Shown here piece after piece: positions 29,096-37,548 of a stretch of DNA of 64,000 bases. Source of the DNA: a virus (lineage: Duplodnaviria > Caudoviricetes); the IMG/VR virus record IMGVR_UViG_3300035156_000156, positions 508-64,507 of that record, one strand, 5' to 3'. The notes under the pieces are model-generated. The model ran no database searches. It saw only the letters and a list, made by a program, of their open reading frames with translations, and had not been told where the DNA came from. Both the position numbers and the translations under genes were made by a program. Positions within the stretch are counted from its first letter, which is position 1. Each line of letters begins with the position of its first letter.

Positions 29096-29098
29096 GCC

Positions 29099-29584
29099 AT
29101 GGCAGAGCCGGATCAGGTGTCGGTCATCATCGCCGACCTGCACCTGTATACGGCACGGGAGGTTGTGCGGCTGGCGACCAACGTGGACGCCGAACTGCGC
29201 GAAAGCCCACCGGCCGGCACCCCGGTCGATACCGGGTGGGCAGCGGCCAGTTGGATGCCGACGATCGGCGAGCCGTCCAGCGTGGACGGTCGCCAGCCCA
29301 ACGGCAAAGCGACGGCGGCGCAGGTGAACGCCCGCGCCGCCTTGGCCCGCCAAGGGCTGAACGACGTGCTTGGGTGGAAGGTGGGCGCGGGCACCATCTT
29401 CGTCACCAGCAACGTGCCCTACATCGTGCGGCTGAACGAAGGCTATTCGGGCCAAGCGCCGGCCGGCTTCGTGCAGAACGCGATCGAGCGCGCAGTACGC
29501 GACACCGCTGCCGCCGCGCCGCGCCGCGCCGCCTTTCAACGTCGCGCCGGTGCTGCGCGCCAGACCAAACCGAGGCCGCTATGA
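29099..29584 (+). CDS. Tail completion / neck protein (HK97 gp10-like)
   Basis: TPVDTGWAAASW...NVPYIVRLNEGYSGQAPAGFV. Confidence 0.85.
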   Translation: MAEPDQVSVIIADLHLYTAREVVRLATNVDAELRESPPAGTPVDTGWAAASWMPTIGEPSSVDGRQPNGKATAAQVNARAALARQGLNDVLGWKVGAGTIFVTSNVPYIVRLNEGYSGQAPAGFVQNAIERAVRDTAAAAPRRAAFQRRAGAARQTKPRPL

Positions 29585-29997
29585 CGACAGACGAACAGGT
29601 GCACGAAACCCTGACCGAGCGGTTCCTGACCGCGTGGAACGATCGCACCCCGGTGGCCATCGCCGACGAGCCGCTTGACCCGCCGCATGGCCGGTGGGTG
29701 CGCTTCTCGATCCTGTCGGCACCGTCGCAGCAGGAATCACTTGGCAGCCCCGGCAACCGCCGGTTCGCGCGCGCCGGGCGGGTGTTCATGCAGGTGCACC
29801 AATTGGCCGGACAGGGCGGCGATGGCCCGCTGGTGGCACTGGCGGGCGCGGCGCGCGACGTGTTCGAAGGGTGCCGGTTCCAGCCGAACGATATTCGCTT
29901 CGCCGCCGTGGACATCGGCGAGGCCGTCAACATGGACGGCGGCCGGTGGCGGGGGATAGCGGTTCAGGGCCGCTACGAGTATGAAGATTTGAAATAA
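29581..29997 (+). CDS. Tail terminator protein
   Basis: WVRFSI...G.VFMQV; directly upstream of the tail tube gene. Confidence 0.75.
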   Translation: MTTDEQVHETLTERFLTAWNDRTPVAIADEPLDPPHGRWVRFSILSAPSQQESLGSPGNRRFARAGRVFMQVHQLAGQGGDGPLVALAGAARDVFEGCRFQPNDIRFAAVDIGEAVNMDGGRWRGIAVQGRYEYEDLK

Positions 29998-30028
29998 GCA
30001 CACCATCACCAGCACAGGAGCCACGACC

Positions 30029-31564
30029 ATGGGCCGCGTAGTAACTAATGGAATGTCGCTCTCCTTTGCGCGTGAGGCGACGTTGAACACCCTGCCGGCA
30101 GACCCGCAGTGGTTCGAACTGGAACCGAACACGATCAATTCGTTCGGCACCACCATCGCCAAGACCAGCCGTTCACCGATCAGCAAGGCGCGCGTGCGCC
30201 GCAAGCAGGTTGTGACCGATCTGGATAGCGCGGTCGAAATCGAAGCCGATCTGACGCTGGCCCATCTGCGCCGCTTGGCGGAATCGTTCGTGTTTGCGCG
30301 CTCGGTCGGCGGCGACGCCTACCTGACCAGCGCGGCCACCGGCGGCGGCTTCACGGTGCCGGCCCTGTCGGCGGCGCAGGCTGGCCGGCTGATCTACACC
30401 GGGGGCGGTGCCAAGACGCTGATCAAGGCCCACGGCTTCACCAACGAGGAAAACAACGTGCTGTTCGCGCTGTCGGCAGCGCCTGCACCCGGTGCCGTGC
30501 TGATCCCGGTTGTCGGCACGATCGCCGAGGTGCCCGCCGCGTCGGCCATGGTCGAAGTGTCGATCGCCGGCATCCGTGGCGCGCCGGGCGATCTGCGCAT
30601 CGACGCCGACGGCAACCTGATCAGCACGGCGCTGAACTTCACCACCACGGGCATCACCACCAATCAGGTGATCTACATCGGCGGCGACGATCTGGCGCAC
30701 CAGTTCTTCGCAGACGTGAACACCGGCTTTGCGCGGGTGCAGATCGTGGCCCCGAACAAGCTGACGCTGGCCAAGCGCGACTTCGACTTCGTGACTGACG
30801 ACGGCACCGCAAACGGGGCGGGCGGGTCGCCGCTGTCGATCGACATTCTGTTCGGCCAGTTCATTCGCAACGTGAACACGCAGCACCCCGACTATTTGGA
30901 GGTGTCCAATCAGTTCGAATTGGGCAGCCCCAACCTGATGCCGGGCGGGGCCACCGGCTTCGAATATGCGCTCGGCAACTACGCCGATGCGATGTCCATT
31001 GCGATCCCGCTGACGGGCAAGGCCACGATCACCTTCGGCTTCGTCGGCACCGACGTGTTGAAGCCGAGTGCGGCGCGCGCGCTGAACGCGGCCAACGCCA
31101 AGGTGGGCGGCCAGACCGCGGCCTTCGGCACGTCGTCGGACATCGCCCGGCTGCGCGCGCAGGACGTGGACGAAGCCGGCCTGACCACCGACTTCAAGAG
31201 CGCGACCTTCACGCTGACCAATAACGTGTCGGCCGAAAAGGTGCTGGGCAAGCTGGGCGCGCGCTACCTGAACATCGGCGATTTCGAATGCGACGTGGAG
31301 AGTCAGTTGATCTTCACGAACCCGGATATGATCGAGCGTATCCGGTGCAACAAGACGATCGGCTATGATTGGGTGCTGCGCAACGGTGACGGCGGCGTGG
31401 CGTTCGATCTGCCAAGCGGCACCTTGAGCGGCGGCGGGCGCGAGTACCCGGCGAACCAATCGGTGCTGCTTAACGGGGCGTTTGCGGCGCATCAGGAAGA
31501 CGAATATGGGTTCACGCTCGGGCTGTCGTTCTTCCCGTTCCTGCCCGTTCAACCCTGCGACTAA
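30029..31564 (+). CDS. Major tail (tube) protein
   Basis: AGGAG RBS; 511 aa; position before chaperone and tape measure. Confidence 0.8.
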   Translation: MGRVVTNGMSLSFAREATLNTLPADPQWFELEPNTINSFGTTIAKTSRSPISKARVRRKQVVTDLDSAVEIEADLTLAHLRRLAESFVFARSVGGDAYLTSAATGGGFTVPALSAAQAGRLIYTGGGAKTLIKAHGFTNEENNVLFALSAAPAPGAVLIPVVGTIAEVPAASAMVEVSIAGIRGAPGDLRIDADGNLISTALNFTTTGITTNQVIYIGGDDLAHQFFADVNTGFARVQIVAPNKLTLAKRDFDFVTDDGTANGAGGSPLSIDILFGQFIRNVNTQHPDYLEVSNQFELGSPNLMPGGATGFEYALGNYADAMSIAIPLTGKATITFGFVGTDVLKPSAARALNAANAKVGGQTAAFGTSSDIARLRAQDVDEAGLTTDFKSATFTLTNNVSAEKVLGKLGARYLNIGDFECDVESQLIFTNPDMIERIRCNKTIGYDWVLRNGDGGVAFDLPSGTLSGGGREYPANQSVLLNGAFAAHQEDEYGFTLGLSFFPFLPVQPCD

Positions 31565-31577
31565 GGACTGATGCCAG

Positions 31578-32048
31578 ATGACCGACTTCTCGCAATTCGA
31601 GGCCCTACAGGTGCCGAGCGATGTCACCGCCAATTATACGTTCGATGACTTGCCCGGCGCGCCCATGATCACCCTGTCGCCTATGACAGATGACAACATG
31701 GACTATCTGACGGAGCGTGTGCGGGAGTCGGTTCGTCGGGCAGAAGCCTCGGCGCTTCCCGTGTTGGCCGAGGACGACGAAGAAGGCCGGATCAAGCGCA
31801 TGGTGGAAGCCCTGCTGGCCGACGAGGAACGTGACCGGCACTTGCTGGCCAAGTGCTGCATCCGTAGCTGGACCGTCACCGACGCCAAGGGCAAGGAAGT
31901 GCCGGTCAGCGAACCCGTCGCGCTGGCCTTCCTCAAGGCGATCCCGCTGAATGAGTTTCGCGGCTTCCGCAATTGGTCGCAGAACATCGCCAACTTCCGC
32001 GGCCGGCCGGTGATCACCGCCCAGCAGGGCGAAAAGCTGGGAAACTAA
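31578..32048 (+). CDS. Tail assembly chaperone (gpG-like)
   Basis: Between tube and tape measure; ends G-GGA-AAC-TAA. Confidence 0.8.
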   Translation: MTDFSQFEALQVPSDVTANYTFDDLPGAPMITLSPMTDDNMDYLTERVRESVRRAEASALPVLAEDDEEGRIKRMVEALLADEERDRHLLAKCCIRSWTVTDAKGKEVPVSEPVALAFLKAIPLNEFRGFRNWSQNIANFRGRPVITAQQGEKLGN

Positions 32049-32383
32049 TAGCCGAGCGGCTGACGTGGGAACTTCGGTTCGACCGCGATGGCTACTCGGT
32101 GAAATCTGCCCGTAAGAAGAAGCGACCCCTGCCGGCTTGGTATCTGGCGCAGCCGCCCGAGGTGCGCGGGGTCGCGTTCTTCAACGAAGCCTACCGTGAC
32201 CTGACCACCTGCCGGCTGGTCGATATGGGGCCGATCCCGTGGACGGCGGCCAGAACCTATGCGCGCGACAAGCACCTGCCGCGCGATGTGGCCGATGTGC
32301 TGTGGGCTGTGGTACAGCGCATGGACAACGCCGAGCGCGCATGGCGTCTGGAACAGCTAAAGCAGGAGTCCGGCGGTGTCTGA
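32039..32383 (+). CDS. Tail assembly chaperone gpGT extension reached by -1 frameshift
   Basis: Slippery heptamer GGGAAAC at 32039-32045; -1 frame open to 32383 (..DLTTCR...GPIPWTA...MDNA). Confidence 0.8.
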   Translation, partial: GKLIAERLTWELRFDRDGYSVKSARKKKRPLPAWYLAQPPEVRGVAFFNEAYRDLTTCRLVDMGPIPWTAARTYARDKHLPRDVADVLWAVVQRMDNAERAWRLEQLKQESGGV

Positions 32384-35300
32384 ATATCGCATCGTAGTGC
32401 CGATCGACGCACAGACCGGCCCCGGCTCGCAAAAGGTCAAGCAAGACCTGCGCGGCATCGCCACCGAGGCGAAGAACACCAAGGCCGCGATCAACAGCGC
32501 GTTCGATCAGGCCGCCTTCGATCGCACCGTGGGCGGCCTGACTGCCCGGCTGGACGGCCTCGACAAGACGCTGGGCAGCGTTGCGGCACAGTCGGCCACG
32601 GTCGGCAAGTCGCAGGACGCCTTGGCCACCTCGCTCGATCGGCTGAACGGGTCGGTTGATAAGGTCGGCAAGGGCATGGCCAACGTCGGCAAGGGGGCCG
32701 GCGATGCTGCCAAGGGGCAAACCGCCTTGGAAGCATCCACCCGCCGCGTGTTGGCCGCGGTCGATACCGAGGCTGCCGAACTGGCGCGCCTGAACAACCT
32801 GCTGGGCGACGCCAAGCGCGCGCTGGACGCCGGCACCATTTCGCAGGAGCAATTCGCGCGGGTCCAGAAGCTGGCCACCGACGGCGTGCGCACGAACACG
32901 CAATCGGTTGGCCAGCAGCGCGCCGGCTATCAGCAACTCGGGTTTCAGGTGCAGGACATCACCAGCACGCTGGCGATGGGCATCAGCCCGCTGACGGTGC
33001 TGGCGCAGCAGGGCGGTCAGACCGCATCGGCGTTGACGCTGGCGCTGGGCGACAAGGGCGCGCTGGGCAAGGCCGCGGGCTTCATCGCTGGGCCGTTCGG
33101 CTCGATCGTGCTGGCGGCCGGCGTCGTGCTGGGCGGGCTGGCGGTTCGGTTCTTCAACACCGGCTCGGCGATTGACGAGGCGGTCAAGAAGCTGCGCGAG
33201 GATGCCAAGGAAACCGAGGCCAACCGCGTCGCCAAGGATCGCTTCAAGCTGACGCAGGAAGGTGTCACCGCTGCGATCCGCGACGGCACGGACGCCACGC
33301 GCAAGTCGGTGGAGGCCACGCGATCGTCGGCCGAACAGGCCAACATCGAAGCCAAGATCAACCTGCAACGCATCGTCAGCATTCGGAACGTCACCAAGGC
33401 ACTGCTGGAACAGGAAGCTGCGCGCACCGAGTTCAACGGCGCGACGAACACCGGCTCGGGCAACGCCGGGCTGGCGGCGCAGGGCGGGTTGCAGCGGTCG
33501 AACGACCTGCAAGAGCGGATCAAGAAGCAGGACGCCGCGATCCGTGAAGCCGAAACGCGCGTCCAGCAGACCCGCATCGATCTGGCCGTAGAAGTCGGCG
33601 CGCAGCAGGCCACTGCGGTCGGGCGCGTGACGCGCGAGTACGACAAGCAGATCAGCGCGCTGGAACTGGCCGCGCGCAAGCAGGTCAACGCCGGCAAGGC
33701 GGTGGACGCATCGCTGACGGCGCAGATCGCACGGCTGCAACAGCGCAAGTCTGCCGCGATCGAGGCGACGCAGGCGGCTGAACGGCTGGACAAGGCAAGC
33801 GGCGGCGACACAACGCGGTTCATATCGCCGGTGTCGGGTGGCCGGGTGTCGTCCGGGTTCGGCCCGCGCGCCGCCCCCACGGCCGGCGCTTCGACATTCC
33901 ACAAAGGCATCGACATCGCCGCGCCGCTGGGCACCCCGGTCAAGGCCGCAGCCGGCGGCGTGGTCATCTATGCCGGCAAACTGGGCGGGCTGGGCAACGC
34001 GATCATCGTTGACCACGGCGGCGGCACGATCACCGAATACGGCCACCTGTCGTCGGTGCTGACGAACAAGGGTGCCAAGGTCGGGCAGGGCCAGCAGATC
34101 GGCGCTGTGGGCAGTACCGGCGTGTCCACCGGCAATCACCTAGACTACCGGGTCAAGGTTGGCGGGCGGTACGTGGACCCGCGTGGCGGGCGCTACCGCA
34201 CCGACGAGACGCAGGCCGACGTGCGCGCCGCGACGGCGCAGGAACAGGCCGAGGCGCGCCGCAAGACTGCCGAGGAAGCGGCAGCCCGCAAGCGCGAACA
34301 GGAAAGCGACTTCGTGCAGGGCGTGGTCGATGAAGCGGCCAGCCGCGGCTTCGACGGCCAGACCGAAACGCTACAGGCCAAGATCGACCGCACGCTGGCC
34401 GACTTCAATCGACGCTTCGATCGCGCCGCCACCGAGGGCGAGCGCGGCAAGATCAGCGCGGCACTGACGGACGCCGATTCGCGCGAGACGGCCCGCCACT
34501 TCGATCAGGCGTATGTCGAACCGTTGAACCGACTGCGCGCGTTGCAGGGCGTGGTGGGGCAGGATCGCGCCGTGCTGAACGCGCAGCTTGACGAGTCCAC
34601 CCGGCTGGGCCGCGATCTGACCCCGGTGCAGGCGCAGCAGATCGCCGACTCCATCAAGATCGGCGACGCACTACAGCGGCAGTCGGATATTCTCGGCGCA
34701 GTGCGTCAGCCGATCGAGGACTATCGCGCCCAGCTTGCCGCGCTGAATGCGCTGCTAGCGCAGGGCGCGATCAGCCAAACGACGTTCAGTGCCCGCGTCG
34801 GTGAACTCGGGCAGTCGGCGCGCGACTTCAAGGGCGGGCTGCCCGGCAACGCCTCGCTGGGCGGCACCTTCTCGGACAACGCCCAGCGCGAGGACGCGAA
34901 CGCCGAGCGCGATGCCGACCTTGAAAAGCTGCGCGCCAACTTGGAAGCCGGCACCATTCTCGAGTCCGAGTGCTACGGCATTCGCGAGGCTATCGCGCGC
35001 AAGCACAGCGACCGCATGCGCCAGATCGATGATGCGCGCCGCGACGCCGCGATCGGTTCGGCGGCGTCGATCGCCGACAGCCTGTTGAGCATCGCCACCG
35101 ATAGCGTCGGCAAGCAGAGCGCGGTGTACAAGGGCCTGTTCCTGATCAGTAAGGGCTTCGCCATCGCGGAGTCGGTGATCAAGATTCAGCAGGGCATCGC
35201 GAACGCCTTGTCACTACCGTTCCCGGCCAACATCGGCGCGGCTGCGGTGGTCGCTGCCAACGCCGCCAGCATCGTGTCCACGATCCAATCGGCCAAGCTG

Positions 35301-35705
35301 AACTTTGCAGATGGCGGCAAGATTCGCGGGCCGGGCGGGCCACGCGACGACAGCGTGCCGATCAACGCCAGCAACGGCGAGTTCGTGGTGAACGCTGCTG
35401 CGGTGGCGCGGCCCGGCAACGAAGCACTGTTGCAAGCGATGAACTCGGGCAACCTGACCGCCGGCACGCGCCGCGCCAGCAATGACAACGCGGCGGCGGC
35501 GGTGGTCGGCGGCGGCGCGGGGGATAGCTGGTCGCTGTCGTTCGGCGACATCAACGTGCAGACCACGGGCGACGCCGCCAGTGCGCAGGATCAGGCGCGC
35601 GAAATCAAGGCGCAGTTCGTGACGATCGTGCGCGCCGAGATTGCCAACGCCAAGCGATCGGGCGGGGCATTGACGAAGACCGCCCCTAGCGTGATGAGCG
35701 GGTGA
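32376..35705 (+). CDS. Tape measure protein with internal M23 peptidase domain
   Basis: QQLGFQVQDI...VLAQQGGQ (TMP_2-type); HKGIDIAAP...YGHLS...STGNHL; FADGG.I.GPGGPRDDSVP C-terminus. Confidence 0.92.
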   Translation: MSEYRIVVPIDAQTGPGSQKVKQDLRGIATEAKNTKAAINSAFDQAAFDRTVGGLTARLDGLDKTLGSVAAQSATVGKSQDALATSLDRLNGSVDKVGKGMANVGKGAGDAAKGQTALEASTRRVLAAVDTEAAELARLNNLLGDAKRALDAGTISQEQFARVQKLATDGVRTNTQSVGQQRAGYQQLGFQVQDITSTLAMGISPLTVLAQQGGQTASALTLALGDKGALGKAAGFIAGPFGSIVLAAGVVLGGLAVRFFNTGSAIDEAVKKLREDAKETEANRVAKDRFKLTQEGVTAAIRDGTDATRKSVEATRSSAEQANIEAKINLQRIVSIRNVTKALLEQEAARTEFNGATNTGSGNAGLAAQGGLQRSNDLQERIKKQDAAIREAETRVQQTRIDLAVEVGAQQATAVGRVTREYDKQISALELAARKQVNAGKAVDASLTAQIARLQQRKSAAIEATQAAERLDKASGGDTTRFISPVSGGRVSSGFGPRAAPTAGASTFHKGIDIAAPLGTPVKAAAGGVVIYAGKLGGLGNAIIVDHGGGTITEYGHLSSVLTNKGAKVGQGQQIGAVGSTGVSTGNHLDYRVKVGGRYVDPRGGRYRTDETQADVRAATAQEQAEARRKTAEEAAARKREQESDFVQGVVDEAASRGFDGQTETLQAKIDRTLADFNRRFDRAATEGERGKISAALTDADSRETARHFDQAYVEPLNRLRALQGVVGQDRAVLNAQLDESTRLGRDLTPVQAQQIADSIKIGDALQRQSDILGAVRQPIEDYRAQLAALNALLAQGAISQTTFSARVGELGQSARDFKGGLPGNASLGGTFSDNAQREDANAERDADLEKLRANLEAGTILESECYGIREAIARKHSDRMRQIDDARRDAAIGSAASIADSLLSIATDSVGKQSAVYKGLFLISKGFAIAESVIKIQQGIANALSLPFPANIGAAAVVAANAASIVSTIQSAKLNFADGGKIRGPGGPRDDSVPINASNGEFVVNAAAVARPGNEALLQAMNSGNLTAGTRRASNDNAAAAVVGGGAGDSWSLSFGDINVQTTGDAASAQDQAREIKAQFVTIVRAEIANAKRSGGALTKTAPSVMSG

Positions 35706-36067
35706 TGGCCGAGATACCGAAAATCAATTCGACGGACGACGCCGTGGCCCTGTCCTACGGCACGGCGGGCGCGCAGAACTATAACCGCAACCGCGTGCAG
35801 TTCGGCGATGGCCAATCGCAGCGCAAGGCGAGGGGCATAAATAACGCGCCGCAGCGGTGGCAGTTGGTGTGGACTCGGATCAGCGACGAGGACGCCGAAA
35901 CCCTGCGGCTGTTCTTCGAAGATTTGGCGGGTGTCGGCGTGGTCGATTGGAAGCCGTACGCGCAGCCGGCGATGCTGAAATGGACCGCCACCGGATGGCA
36001 GAACAAGCCGAGCGGCTTTCAGGTGCAGGACTGTTCGATCAACCTTGAACAAGAGTTCGACCTGTGA
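35705..36067 (+). CDS. Distal tail protein (lambda gpM-like)
   Basis: VQFGDGQSQR..RGIN...FF....G...DWKP. Confidence 0.85.
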   Translation: MAEIPKINSTDDAVALSYGTAGAQNYNRNRVQFGDGQSQRKARGINNAPQRWQLVWTRISDEDAETLRLFFEDLAGVGVVDWKPYAQPAMLKWTATGWQNKPSGFQVQDCSINLEQEFDL

Positions 36068-36765
36068 CGATCCGAGGGCTGGTGCAGGCGTCGGACCTCG
36101 GCGCGGAGGTGACGCTCTACGAACTGGACTTGTCGATGTTCGGCATGGGCATCGTGCGGCTGACGCCGGGCCATACCGGCAGCGGCCTGATCAGCTTCCA
36201 AGGCGAGCAATATGCGCCGCACCCGATCGAGGCCGACGGGTTCGAACTGACCACCACCGGCACGCTGCCCCGGCCCGACTTCCTCGTATCGAACGTCGAA
36301 AACACCTTCACCGCGCTGGTGGAACAGCACGACGATCTGCAAGGCGCGATCCTGACCCGGCTGCGCACCTATGAGACCTATCTGGACGACGGCGCTACGC
36401 CGGGGCCGGATATGCTGCCGCCCGACGTGTACCTGCTGTCGCAGAAGGCCAAGCACACCGACACCGAAATCCAGTGGGTATGCGTCGCCCAGATGGATCA
36501 GGAGGGCGTTGCCCTGCCGGCGCGCCAGATCGTGCGCGATTGGTGCGGGCATGACACCCGCGTGTGGGACGGCACCGGGTTCGATTACACCAATGTGACG
36601 TGCCCCTACACCGGGCCGCCCAAGGATGAAGCCGGGCTGCCGTCCGATCCGTGGGCCGAAGTCTTTTCCAAGCGCCTCGGCACCTGCTGCAAGGCGCGGT
36701 TCGGCGCAAAGTCCGTGCTGCCCACGCGGGCCTTTCCGGGGGTCGCCAGACTGCGAAGCCGATAA
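36064..36765 (+). CDS. Minor tail protein (lambda gpL-like)
   Basis: YELDL...PIEADGFE...LPRP; C-terminal Cys cluster; CKARFG...FPG. Confidence 0.9.
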   Translation: MTIRGLVQASDLGAEVTLYELDLSMFGMGIVRLTPGHTGSGLISFQGEQYAPHPIEADGFELTTTGTLPRPDFLVSNVENTFTALVEQHDDLQGAILTRLRTYETYLDDGATPGPDMLPPDVYLLSQKAKHTDTEIQWVCVAQMDQEGVALPARQIVRDWCGHDTRVWDGTGFDYTNVTCPYTGPPKDEAGLPSDPWAEVFSKRLGTCCKARFGAKSVLPTRAFPGVARLRSR

Positions 36766-37547
36766 TGCGGGCAGTGATGGCCCGCATGCTCGATGGCACG
36801 CCCCTGACCACCCCTGCGGCGGCCCTTGCCCTACGCCAGCACGCCATCGCCGAGTTTCCGCGCGAGTGCATCGGCATGATCGATGCGGCCGGGGCGTATC
36901 TGCCGCTGACGAACCACGCCGCGGGCGACGCCGCTGAGCGTCACGCGCTGGCCGATCGCCGCGTGGTGGCGCAGCAGATGGCCATCGGCAACCTGCGCGC
37001 GCTGTGCCACAGCCACCCCGGTGGCCCCGACTGCCCGAGCGAAACCGATATGATTTCGCAGATGGAAATGGAGGTGCCGTTTGTCATAGTCAGCACCAAC
37101 GGCACCGCGACCACCGAACCGTTCGCGTGGGGCGATCAGCTTATCGATGACGAACCGCTGATCGGCCGCCCGTTTCAGCACGGGGTGACGGACTGTTACG
37201 CCATGATCCGGGCCTATTATCGCACCGAACGCGGCGTGCTGCTGCCCGACTTTGCACGCAATTGGGAGTGGTGGCAGGACGAAACCCCCGGCGAAAAGGA
37301 TCTCTACAGCAGGCACTTCGCCGACGCAGGGTTCGCACAGATCAACCGCGCCGCGGTGCTGCCGGGTGATGTGTGGCTGGCCGCGATCAGGTCGGAAGTG
37401 CCGAACCATGCTGGCGTGCTGCTTGACGGGGGCCTCTCCCTGCATCACCCGTCATCGGGTCTGCCGCACGATCCCGGCCGGCTGTCGAAGCGTGACCCGA
37501 TCGCCCGGTGGACGCCTCACATAACGCACTGGCTGCGGAGGGCCTGA
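36765..37547 (+). CDS. Tail assembly protein K (JAB/MPN + NlpC/P60)
   Basis: PRECIG, HSHP..P..PSETD (JAB); GRPFQHGVTDCY and NHAGV..LHH (NlpC). Confidence 0.92.
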   Translation: MRAVMARMLDGTPLTTPAAALALRQHAIAEFPRECIGMIDAAGAYLPLTNHAAGDAAERHALADRRVVAQQMAIGNLRALCHSHPGGPDCPSETDMISQMEMEVPFVIVSTNGTATTEPFAWGDQLIDDEPLIGRPFQHGVTDCYAMIRAYYRTERGVLLPDFARNWEWWQDETPGEKDLYSRHFADAGFAQINRAAVLPGDVWLAAIRSEVPNHAGVLLDGGLSLHHPSSGLPHDPGRLSKRDPIARWTPHITHWLRRA

Positions 37548-37548
37548 A

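Noticed and set aside
26711-29539. 942-aa minus-strand ORF, and similar long antisense ORFs (22966-24561, 30173-31633, 32181-34139, 57464-58870)
   Set aside because: Shadows of highly biased GC-rich coding on the other strand; no motifs, no RBS, and they overlap well-supported genes
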